In this document: in pieces, positions 39,311 to 53,985 of the stretch | How positions within the stretch are numbered: the stretch's first letter is position 1 | Layout: every line of letters begins with the position of its first letter | Notes under the pieces: model-generated | Database searches by the model: none | What the model was told of the DNA's origin: nothing | The model's input: the letters and a program-made list of their open reading frames with translations, nothing else | Translations under genes and position numbers: made by a program | DNA from: Eledone cirrhosa | Lineage: Eukaryota | NCBI GenBank assembly: GCA_964016885.1 | Contig: OZ024741.1 | Span: 196,106,001 to 196,170,000 of the forward strand | DNA length: 64,000 nucleotides | Reading direction: 5' to 3'

Positions 39311-39743
39311 AATAATTGTTTCTACGTTAGGCACAAGGCCAGCAATTACCCAGTGTATTACTGGTACTTTATTTTATCGACCCCCGTAAGGATGAAAGGC
39401 AAAGTTAACCTCGGCGGGATTTGAACTCAGAATGGCAAGGGCCGTAACTCTATGCGCCAAAGCATGGCATCCGACACTCTACCAATACTGCCAATCCACC
39501 GCCTTGACTATCAAAATAATAATACATTTTTAGTAATATGCTATTGTATTATTAACTTGGATTAGCAGTATCGGTAGAGGGTCGGACGCCATGCTTTCCA
39601 GCATAGTTACATCCCTTTACGATCTGAGTTCAAATCCCGCCGAGGTTGACTTTGCCTTTCATCCTTACGGGGTCGATAAAATAAAGTACCAGTAATGCAC
39701 TGGGTAATTGCTGACCTTGTGCCTAAAGTAGAAACAATTATTA
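39311..39743. mobile_element. Two SINE family A copies head-to-head (39311-39503 minus, 39559-39743 plus)
   Basis: Each has its own TSD (CTATCAAAATAAT; ATTATTAACT); 55-nt gap between them. Confidence 0.9.
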
Positions 39744-40780
39744 ACTCTACTTACTTAAGACTAAGATCATGCTCTGTTCTATTTCATATTTTCTCTCTTT
39801 TTTTTAATCATATATCTTTGGTATTTTTCAATAATTCATATTACAGAAGGAAGGAAAAACAATTATTTGCTAAAATTTGTTTTAACCTTTTAGCATTTAC
39901 ATTACTTTATATATACTATTGTATTTTTGTGGTAAATAAAGGCTTTATCTCACATAATTATCTCACATAATATTGAATCTATGAAATTTTGATATTATTT
40001 ATTTTGAGAACAATAACTTAACACCAGTTACAGCCGGTTTGAACAGAGAGAGGTGAGAGAATTCTGGCCGGATATGGCTGGTTTAAAGCTACATAATGGT
40101 AATATCTTGGGGAAAATAAAATGTTAGTGCCTATATATATATGTGCAATCTGTGTGTGTGTGTGGGGGAGAGAGAGAGAGATCATTATATAACATCCTTA
40201 AATTATTTTTATTGTTGCACAAATTACTATGACTTTTGGAAAATGCTGCCTGTATAACTTTTAAGATGGTTACAATAAATCTGTGTTCTTTTCTTCATGT
40301 TATTTCATGTATTTTTATCTTCCGCTCATGAAAAGGAATTTTTATATGGCGGTCACGTCTACTTTTGTACTCTAATATCTTTTGATCCAGTCACTATATT
40401 TTACATGGAAGATTTATATTTTTTTCATATATCTATGTACTTGGATACTTATAAGCAAATAAAAATATTCTGCTTGCTTCACCTAATAAAATAAACATTT
40501 TTTTTTTTTTTAATGTCAATGAAAAATTGACATCACTTAAAAATTATTAATTTAAACTTTTCAGAAAATAATGTGATTTAAATTATTACATAATATATAT
40601 ATTTTTATGAATAAATATAATATTTTCCAGGATTTCCAACTATTGCTGTATTTATCACTTCGCTAGCTCCCACAACACATTTATTTTGTTACCCTCATTT
40701 TCTCTACCATGCTGCCTCTGTATCTGTCTATTTTGCCATCAAAGGCTACAGGCCATGACTGGCTATTATTATTGTTGCTG

Positions 40781-40966
40781 GTGGTCGATTGGCAGTATCG
40801 GTAGAGGGTCGGACGCCATGCTTTCACGTATAGAGTTACGCCCCTTTATGATCTGAGTTCAAATCCCGCCGAGGTTAACTTTGCCTTTCATCCTTACGGG
40901 GTCGATAAAATAAAGTACCAGTAATGCACTGGGATAATTACTGGCCTTGTGCCAAAAGTAGAAACA
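40781..40966 (+). mobile_element. SINE family A with 13-bp TSD ATTATTGTTGCTG
   Basis: TSD at 40768-40780 and 40967-40979; empty paralogous site near 41430-41450. Confidence 0.9.
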
Positions 40967-41303
40967 ATTATTGTTGCTGTATTCATTTCTATTGGTTATC
41001 TTGCCATGCTGTATTCACTTCTATCAGTTATTTTGATAGCCATGACTGGCGACCCTCTCTCTATGATGGCTACCCCTCACCCCACCCTCTCTCTCTCTAT
41101 CTATCTCTAAGCCACCTATTATCTCCCTTTCCCTCTTCACCCATTCCTTCCTCACTCATCTTGAAGTTATTGAAGAGATAAGACACACTCTACTCTGAAA
41201 GGCTAAAATGAATCACTAAGAGCTGCTTAGCCACGTTCCATCCATCCATCCATACAAATCTTTTCAGGTATCTCTATTTCCCCAATTGCAAATGTTCTGC
41301 TCG

Positions 41304-44300
41304 CAACTATTGCTGTATTTATCACTTCGCTAGCTCCCACAACACATTTATTTTGTTACCCTCATTTTCTCTACCATGCTGCCTCTCTATCTGTCTATTT
41401 TGCCATCAAAGGCTACAGGCCATGACTGGCTATTATTATTGTTGCGTATTCATTTCTATTGGTTATCTTGCCATGCTATATACACTTCTATCGGTTATTT
41501 TGATAGCCATGACTGGCTACCTACCTCACAATTTCCCTCCCTCCCACCCTAGCCTATTCGAACAATCAACCCTCAGCATGCCATTTCTACTACTACTACT
41601 ACTACCGAACTCTTTCCTCCCCCATCCCAGCCCAATACATCCTGCCATTATTACCACCACCACTGTTCTTCTAGCCCTGAATTTTCCTACTGTTATGTAT
41701 GGATGAGCTGAGAATAAATTGGAGCAACTCTGAATTAATAGATGAAATGAATATGAATCCGCAAGCTACCAAGCACCCATGTGAAGCCCCAATCCAGAGA
41801 CAGGAAACACACACACGCACCCCTGAAAAAATCGACCCTTCCCTACGAGTTATGACAAATGTCCAAAACTCCGAGTTGGAACCATCAATGTAAACACAAT
41901 GAAAGGAAGAGCAGGAGAAATTGTAGAGATGCTAGAGCGAAAGGAAATTGATGTATGCTGTGTGCAAGAGACTAGATGGAGAGGGGAGTCTGCTAGAGTC
42001 CTTGTAGGAAAAAGTCAGTGCTACAAATTTTTCTGGGTGGGAAATGACGATGGGATGGGTGGTGTAGGTATACTACTAGCTGACAAGTGGGTAGATAAGG
42101 TAATCTCAGTGAACAGGGTGAATGCAAGAATCATCAAACTCAGACTAGTCCTGAATAAAACAATTACCACAATAATATCAGCTTACGCACCCCAATCGGG
42201 GTTGCCAGACGAACTTAAGGATAGATTCTACGAGTCCCTAATGCACACTACTGCTCTAACAAACGACAATGACTTCCTAATTATTGCAGGAGATTTTAAC
42301 GGACACGTAGGTAAACACTGTGACGGCTTCAATAGAGTCCATGGAGGCCACGGGGTTGGCACAAGAAATGAAGAAGGATTCAGACTTCTAGAATTCTGCG
42401 ACGCCAATGACATATCGATATGTAACACAAACTTCAAAAAACCCGACAAACACCTGATCATCTATAGATCAGGGGAGCATTCTAGTCAGATAGATTTTAT
42501 CCTCATCAGAGGACGTGACAGATGGACGGTCGTAAACACAAAAGCCTACCCTAGTGCGGAATGTAGCTCCCAACATAGCTTAGTTGTCAGCGACCTCACG
42601 GTCAGAACTAGACGAACCTGGAAACAGAGGCCAACCTGGAGAAGAAAGATCTGGAAGCTGAAAGACCCCTCAGCCAGTAACAGATTTAAAGATATTTTAC
42701 TCAACGCCTACGACAGTAAAGAAGAACAGATATAGACATTCAATGTAGAAGAGCACTGGGAGTTCCTAAAAAATAACTTACTAGAGGCGACGGACGAGAT
42801 CTGTGGCTGGAGTAAGACCACGAGCAGGAGGAGAGTGACTTGGTGGTGGAACAATAAGGTAGATGAGGCAGTTAAGGCCAAGAGACAGGCATGGAAAGAA
42901 TGGAAGAACGGGGAGAGCAGGGTACACTACATAGAGACCAAGAGGGAAGCTAGGTGACAAGTATACTTAGCTAGGAGGGAAGCAGAGGATAGAAAATTCA
43001 AGCATGTTTTGCAACGTGAGGACCAGAAACAGGAGGTGTTCAAGATTGCGAGGCAGTGTGTCAGAGAGAATTGTGATGTTATTGGAGAGAAGTGTATCCG
43101 GAATGATAAAGGTGAGCTTGCCCTCACAAGTGCTGAGAAGAAAGATGCATGGAAGAGCCATTATGATAGATTACTAAATGAGGAGAATGCATGGGAAGAA
43201 GAGACCCTACCCCAAGCAGACCCTATAGAGGGTCCAGCAGTACAAGTCAGCAGCAGCGTAGTAAGTAAGGCAATCAAAGATATGAAGATGGGGAAGGCAA
43301 CCGTTCCATCGGGTATAACTGCCGAGATGCTGAAGGCATCTGGGTCTGTAGGTCACACTATAACCACACGTATTATTAACCAAGTAATACTAGGTGTCAT
43401 ACCAAAAGATTGGTGCAGTAGCATCATTGTCAACTGTTACAAAGGTAAAGGTGATGCACTAGATAGAGGAAACTATAGAGGTATAAAGCTGATGGACCAG
43501 GTCATGAAAGTAACAGAAAGAGTTATAGCACAGTTGATTAGGGACCGGGTGAAACTAGATGAGATGCAATTTGGGTTTGTACCAGGAAGAGGCACCACTG
43601 ATGCCCTCTTCCTTGTGAGGCAGTTACAGGAAAAGTACCTAGCTAAAAGTAAGCTACGCTATCTGGCATTCGTCGATCTCGAGAAAGCCTTTGACAGAGT
43701 TCCACGTGCTGTAATCTGGTGGGCTCTTAGAAAACTAGGAGTAGATGAATGGCTTGTGACAGCTGTACAAGCCATGTATAAAGTTAGGATTAGCAATGAG
43801 TATAGCGAGGGATTTAGCGTACAGGTTGGTGTCCACCAGGGCTCTGTTCTTAGCCCTCTCCTGTTCATCATAGTCCTGCAGGCAATAACGGAGGAGTTTA
43901 AGACCGGATGCCCATGGGAACTCCTGTATGCTGATGACCTCGCACTTATAGCTGAATCTATCGTAGAACTAGAGAAGAAATTCCAAACTTGGAAGCAGGG
44001 ACTAGAAAGAAAGGGTCTCAAAGTCAACATGACAAAGACTAAGGTCCTTGTAAGTAGACGAGAAAACAGAACCCAGATCCCCTCAGGGAAATGGCCTTGC
44101 TCAGTATGTAGGAAAGGTGTAGGTAGGAACTCCATTCTCTGCCTCAAATGCAAACAATGGGTACACAAGAGATGTAGCGGAATCTCAGGAAGCTTAATTA
44201 AGAATGTAGGCTTCACATGCAGCAGCTGTGCTGGGACAGGAAGCAGCAAACAGCCACAGGAAACAAGTACCACCAATCTCTGGGAGGGCTCTGTAGAAAT

Positions 44301-45183
44301 AGTAGACAGCTTCTGCTATCTAGGTGACCGAATTAGCAGCGGAGGTGGGTGTTCAGAAAGTACAATAACTAGGGTAAGAACGGGATGGAAGAAGTTCAGG
44401 GAACTACTGCCACTGCTAGCTGCAAAAGGCTTCTCCCTCAAAATGAAAGGCAGACTGTATGATGCGTGTATTCGAACAGCAATGTTACATGGTAGTGGAA
44501 GACTTGCGTAGATTAGAAAGTGGAAGACTTGCGTAGATTAGAAAGAAACGAAGCCTGCATGCTCCGATGGATGTGTTATAGTAATATACGCGAACGACAA
44601 AGCATAAATGAATTGAGAGAGAGACTTAGCATAATAGGAATCAAATGCTGTGTGCAGGAGAGGTGGTTGCGTTGGTATGGACATGTGATGCGTATGAAGG
44701 ATGACAGCTGCATAAAAAGGTGCAGAACACTAGAAGTCAATGGAAACCGCGGAGTGGGGAGACCCAAGATGACCTGGGATGAGGTGATAAAAGCCGACCT
44801 TACCCAATTACACCTCTCAAAGGCGATGACACACGACCGTGACCTCTGGCGTCACGCAGTAATACAGAATACCCGACCACCCATGGGTACAAGCTGAAGC
44901 ATATAGACAATATGCCCCCACCCCCTCCCACTGCAAGGTGGTCGTGGAGGTGCCACAGCAAAAAAGCACCCAGCCCACACTGTAAAGTGGACGTGTAGGC
45001 GCCACGGAAAAAGCACCCAGCACTCACTGTAAATGAGGTTGGTGTTAGGAAGGGCATCCAGCTGTAGAAATCAAGCCAAAATCAGACCCTGTATGAGCAA
45101 GGCATGGTCAGCCGACCAGACACTGCCCACAACAGGACAACCCGTCTAACCCATGCTAGCATGGAAGAACGGACGTAAAACGG

Positions 45184-45226
<43 letters not shown>
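41304..45226 (+). mobile_element. Near full-length RTE LINE (subfamily A): APE endonuclease, RT, PHD-like finger; inactivated
   Basis: LRVGTINVNTMKG...CCVQETRW...SAYAPQ...GDFNGHVG...IDFIL...SQH (APE) and RT motifs through LYADDL; in-frame stops near 42733 and 42956, a short duplication/frameshift near 44496-44540; (GAT)n tail. The 5' boundary is uncertain. Confidence 0.93.
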
Positions 45227-45464
45227 CAATTTTCAATAAATATACTGCCATTCTATTATATTCATTGAAATACTGGCCTAAATCTTCACTATTTACTTTT
45301 ACTATTTTAATAACCTCTATCATTTTCGTTTACAATTTTATTTACATCATTCTTAAACTCCGGAGCTGGAAATGATTCGGTTATTTTAAATAGAACAATT
45401 GTCTAACAACTCCATTTATATCATAAACTAGGTCTTGTCTTTGCATGAAATTGTTCTTCTCGGT

Positions 45465-47094
<1,630 letters not shown>

Positions 47095-47915
47095 TAGAAT
47101 TGGTGCTCTGAAATAGCGATATATATATGAATGTATATATAGTGTATTGCAAAATATACTGTATGCTTAATTAAAAGCATTTTGAAGACCTTACACTATT
47201 GTTTTAGTGTAGTGACAGTCTCACTTACTTTAAATTTTCAGCAAACAGGGGGAGATAAAGCTGAAAGAGTTCTGTTTCGTACTATTTGGTACTTAAATCA
47301 TGAATGTTTGATTCTTATAGAATTCTAGTAATAATCAGGAACTGATTATACAGAGCGGTTGCCGGTCAAGCAGAAATTGAAAATTAGAATTGGTGCTTTG
47401 AAATAGCGATATATATATATGAATGTATATATAGCAATGTATATATATTTTGCAATACACTATGCTTAATTAAACGCATTTTGAAGACGTTACGCTATTG
47501 TTTTAATTAAGCATACAATTAAAAGCATTTTGAAGACCTTACGCTATTGTTTTAATTAAGCATACAGTGTATTGCAAAATACACTATATATACATTCATA
47601 TATATATCGCTATTTCAGAGCACCAATTCTAATTTTCAATTTCTGCTTGACCGGCAACCGCTCTGTATAATCAGTTCCTGATTATTACTAGAATTCTATA
47701 AGAATCAAACATTCATGATTTTCAGCAAACAGGTGGAGTACTTAGCTTTGGTAAGTACCAAATAGTACGAAACAGAGCTCTGTCAGCTTTATCTCCCCCT
47801 GTTTGCTGAAAATTTAAAGTAAGTGAGACTGTCATTACTCTAAAACAATAGCGTAAGGTCTTCAAAATGCTTTTAATTAAGCATACAGTGTATTGCAAAA
47901 TACACTATATATACA

Positions 47916-47925
<10 letters not shown>
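47095..47925. repeat. Roughly 800-bp palindrome built from a ~290-bp unit (probable PLE pLTR)
   Basis: 47121-47470 is the reverse complement of about 47555-47925; contains a degenerate hammerhead at 47744-47788. Confidence 0.85.
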
Positions 47926-47970
<45 letters not shown>

Positions 47971-49483
47971 AAGGTATATATTGAGTTAGGAACTCAAAAT
48001 AGTCTCTTATAACAAAATAGCTCTAAGAAAGAGATATTTCCGAGCCGTATATTATAATTGAATATAAAAGAAAAACGAACACAGATATATACATATATGA
48101 GTTCAAATCGTAAGGGACCAGATTCGCTAATATATATATAGAGAAAGAGAGAGATATGCGTCTTTTGTGTGTGCGCGGACATAAATATATATAAAACACA
48201 GTCACAGTACGTCTTGTGTGAAAGAGAGAAAGAGACGTAAGGTTGAGGAAAGGGGGGAGTTGAACAGTGTGTGTGTATGTGAAAGCAAGGGTTGGGGGAA
48301 GAACGGGGTTGCATGTTCAGGAAGAGGTGTGTGTGGGGTGGGGTGTAGGTCGGAGTGTGTGTGCGTGTGTGGATAGAGGGATGGGGGAGAGGATTCCGGA
48401 GGCTGAATGTGTAAATATGTGGTGGTACGCACGTGTGTGTGTGTGGTGTTTATGCGTGTTGTGGATGTAGGTGGCCTGTGGGGAAAAAAATTTTTTGGGG
48501 TGTATGTCCGAGGGTGAGTCGTAAAGGTAATTCCGTAAAAAGATGTGGTGGAATGCTGAGTAAAATCCTTGGGATGCGGTAGATTCTCGGGATCAAGGTT
48601 CACATATGTGTAATCCGTGAAGAGATTGGTCGGAAGAGGGGAGATGTGGGGTTCGCGCGCAACAGGAAGTGGTCAGAGGGTCAAGGCAGGAGGAGGGTTG
48701 TGTGTCTGTGTGTGCGGGGAGGTGGTCAGAGAGGCATAGCAGCAGTAGGGTAGAATGGTAAGTGAAGAAAGTCGGTGTGTCAGTGTGTGCGGAGGTACGG
48801 TGGACAGGGGAGAGGATGGGTAGGTGTGAAAGTTGGAGTGCGGAGGGGGTGTGTGTGTATTAGTAGAGGTGTTAGTAGGATGTGTGTGTGTTTGAGAAAG
48901 GGTGTGGGTGGAGCGGGGAGAGAAGGGTGTGGGGGCCGATGGTGGGAGTGTAGTGTACTGGTGTGTGTGTGTGCGTGTTTGGATGAGTGTGTATGTGGTG
49001 AAGGGGGTGTTAGTGGGTGTTAGTATACTGGAGGTGGAGAAAGGGTTGAATGCGGGTGTGCGTGGGGGTCAGTGGTGGTAGGGTGTGTAGAGTGGGTGGT
49101 GTAAGAGGGTGTGTGTGTGTGTTCGTGTGCGTAGGGTTGGGGGTGTTAGTGATGTTAGTTGCGTGTAGAGTGGGTGGTGTAAGTGGGTGTGTGTGTTCGT
49201 GTGCTTGGGGTCAGGGGGTGTTAGTGATGTTAGTTGCGGGGTGGTGGGGTGTATGTGTGGGGGTGAGGGTTAGTGGTGGTAGTAGGGTGTGTGTTTAGTG
49301 TGAGCGCGTGTATATATGTACCGGTGTGTGTGTGTGTGCGTGTGATAAGGAGGGGGGGGGGAGAAGAAGGGAGGGATGTTAGTATGTTAGTTGGGGAAGG
49401 GTGGTCGGATGTTATATATATATATATAATGTATATATATATATATAATGTATATATATATATAATGTATATATATATATATA

Positions 49484-49544
<61 letters not shown>

Positions 49545-49790
49545 AAGTCTGTTGTCTATTTATTTCTAATCGTAATATTTTACTTATTTATCACTCATTT
49601 GGTCAAAAGACACCCATGAATTATCATCTCACATAATTCTTACCTATGGAATGGTTATCCAATCTGTTGTGTAAACTGGCATTACAAGTGCAATATCATC
49701 TTAATGCTGAAACTGCACACTAGCTAAGTGACTGATGAGGTAAAGATGCAGCTATTTGTTCATCTTATGTAACTGTTTGCATTTTGCTGA

Positions 49791-51185
<1,395 letters not shown>

Positions 51186-51249
51186 ATATTAAGTCGTGAG
51201 CTGAGCAGCTAAAGTAAATGTTAAAGATATATCTCTATATATCCAGAAT

Positions 51250-52645
51250 ATTAGTAACTGCGTAAATGTGTAAACTTATGTAAGCATTTATGCAGTATTT
51301 GTTCCAAGTGTTCTGTATATATGCAGATATAACTTTTGAGATTGGTCGAGTGCAAGTCCTTTCCTCACTTAAAAAACCTTCAAAACACAGGCATTGCTTC
51401 AGGATGATATGTTACAGGTTCGTGTGACTGGCTGTAGCCTAAAGTTCCACCATTTTCTGTAATCTGATAAGCAATTGCAATACTCTTTCAGAGTTTGCAG
51501 CCACTATGTATGTATGTATGTATGCATGCAGGCATGTATGTATGTATGCATGCATGTTTGTATGTATGTATGTATGTATGTATGTATGTATGTATGTATG
51601 TATGATCTATTCTCTTTCTCTTAATTTCGAGTACATTTTTGACCAGCCACCTTCCTGGTGGCAAGGTTGTTTAAAGAAAAGAAATTGTCATCCCTTGAAT
51701 CGCAAGAAAGTTTCGCAAATATTGCAGCCATTTGTAGTCTATGAATTAGGGAGCTGCGTTCTTTGTTCACAAACCCAAGTTCAGTTATACTTTGGTCCAA
51801 GCAGGCTGGTATATAATTTGTAACTTCAATAATGATGGGTATGAAGCTGAAGGTGTATCTTAGATACTGGATCTGCAAACTCCTCATCAATGGTACATAG
51901 ATGTCCTCCTTCTCTTGTATTTTTCTTACAACGCTGACATCAAGTGGGCAGCTGATCTCTATAACAGAGCAGATTTTCAATGTGTGGTCACAAACAACAA
52001 TATCAGGCCCTGATAGCCCTTCTCTTTTGTGTAGCAGATATTTGGTAGGGATTTTTTGTTCCTGTACTGCATAGAGATATCCTTCAATGTGGGATGTCTC
52101 CTCCAGATCAGTGGCTATCCTAATGATATTATTTCCTTCATGTTCATAGACCTGGTTGCTGACCCTTTTCTTCTGCTGAAGATGTTGCTTCAGTATTACT
52201 ATTCAGGTTTCGTATGATGTTAATATGGATTTTAGACCCCGTCATATTCCTTGCGTGAGAAGTATAACCTATTCACATCACCATTGATGTTAAAGTTTCT
52301 TGTAACACTGAGAAGCTTGCAAGTTCTTACATCCATCTCACTTAGTTCTTGCAATGACCAGTTCAGCAATGTATTTATTGTACGCTGATAGTTCTGATGA
52401 CCATATTTTCTTTACTCTCTGGAGGTATTCAGTTCTGGTTCTTTCCTTATTCATGGGTCCATCATATCTGACATTCTCATCCTGTCCAAGATATCTGTAG
52501 TTGTCACCTGACTTCAGAGGTTGTATTGTCAAACCGTTCATCTCTAGATTTCCAGAGGAGGACACAACCCTTCCATATTTTACTGTCAAATATGCACATT
52601 TGGACTCACCAAATTTCATTCTGATATCTTCAGAAAATTGTGTAA
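51250..52645 (-). mobile_element. Second, diverged R4/Dong-like LINE remnant
   Basis: MKFGESKCAY...YRYLGQDEN...IWSSELSAYNK and PDIVV...IEISCPLD...KEDIY (RLE); (CATA)n array, then a conserved 3' UTR block. Confidence 0.8.
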
Positions 52646-53042
52646 TGATGTATGTATGTGAGCCAACAAGAGAGTCTCTATCTGGTTGTTTAAACTACTA
52701 AAATATCAGCCAAGTTTCCCCCAATCCCCAGCCTACCATCTTAAAAAAGGAAATATGCATTGGATGTTGTAGTCCTAGAGACATAATGTCTGAATAAGAT
52801 CTATTTGATAAAGGCTGACCAAGATGTATCTGTGACTACATGGCTATATGGGAAACAATAACTACAAGGTAGGCTCCCTGAAGTAAGCTTTTAGAAATTC
52901 ATATGTAGATATATATGTATATATACACACACACATATAGATATATAGATATACAGTAGTACAAATTTGGTATAAATATCCAAGAGCTAGAGCACTCAGT
53001 TCACAGGACGAGTTAAGTATAATTAGTTACAACAGTGACATG

Positions 53043-53088
53043 TACAAGTACTGAAGTTTCGTTATTTACTCTAACTCATTCAGCCTGT
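53043..53088 (-). ncRNA. Hammerhead ribozyme, inverted pLTR copy
   Basis: ACAGG-CTGAATGA-GTTA-GAGTAAA-TAAC-GAA-ACTTCAGT-A-CTTGT on the minus strand. Confidence 0.6.
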
Positions 53089-53911
53089 CATATAATTAAA
53101 GATAAAAATGAAAAAATGGCTTCCCACCATGGAAATTTTAGAAGGTATAGGAGAATTCTAATGGTAGGTAGGTAATCCTGAATTTATCTATAAATAGACA
53201 AATCCCTTGAATAATGTAAGTCATTTCAACCACCATAGAGTGAAAATAGGCTACTCTTGTACCAACAACATGAAATCCCACATCGCCAAAAATGCAAAAG
53301 CTTTCCATCTTACGGATTCTCATGCAGAAAGCCAGAGGTGGCATGCCCCCTGGATCAACAGTGCAACATTCCAGCGGTGACATATGAAGCAGAAATGACC
53401 TCCACCAACCAGAACCATCAAACTTAAGCATAAACTGTCTGAGAGCCAGTTCAAAAGCCGTTTCTTGAACCACGAAACATACTCCTGACAAAAAACATAC
53501 TCAGCTCACGAACCATTAAATGGAGGATACTGGAAAAATCCACCTCCTATGTCAATGGGACGAAATTTTGCCAGTTGTGTGACTCGAAGTAGTGGATTAT
53601 ACTCTCGCAGTATGCTTCGGGGAAACGCTGCATAATCACTGTCCTCATGAAACAAAATTTATTCTGAAAAAAAATGGTCTAGACTGGATTAATTAAATCT
53701 ATTTTCTTTCAACTTAACCCTGGGCTCCCAGTGTAACACAAGTTGCTTACCTTGGGTTTTTTTTATAACTAGCTCCCTTTCCCTTACATTGTTCAAGGGA
53801 TTTGTCTATTTATAGATACATTCGGGATTACTTACCCTTTAGAACTCTCCTATACTTTCTAAAATATCCATGGTGGGAAACCATTTTTTCATTTTTAATC
53901 TTTAATTATAT

Positions 53912-53962
53912 TACAGGCTGAATGAGTTTGGGGAATAACCCAACGAAACTTAAGTACCTGTA
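53912..53962 (+). ncRNA. Type I hammerhead ribozyme with variant core
   Basis: TACAGG-CTGAATGA-GTT(T)GGG-GAATAA-CCCAAC-GAA-ACTTAAGT-A-CCTGTA: 6-bp stem I, stem II, palindromic stem III, GUA cleavage triplet. Confidence 0.7.
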
Positions 53963-53985
53963 CATGTCACTGTTGTAACTAATTA

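Larger units (their letters stand above)
53017..53985 (+). mobile_element. Naiad/Chlamys-type Penelope-like element remnant with ~205-bp inverted pLTRs
   Basis: Decayed CPLDQQCNIPAVTYEAE...SESQFKSRFLNHE...IKWRILEK...Y...CQLC...HCPHETKFIL; 53017-53220 is the inverse of 53783-53985. Confidence 0.75.

Noticed and set aside
49730-49760. CTGATGAG hammerhead half-core
   Set aside because: No stem II or GAAA follows.
53680-53790. SECIS element in the Naiad-like PLE
   Set aside because: No convincing AUGA...AA...GA kink-turn stem was seen, and the ORF is too decayed to interpret stop codons as Sec.
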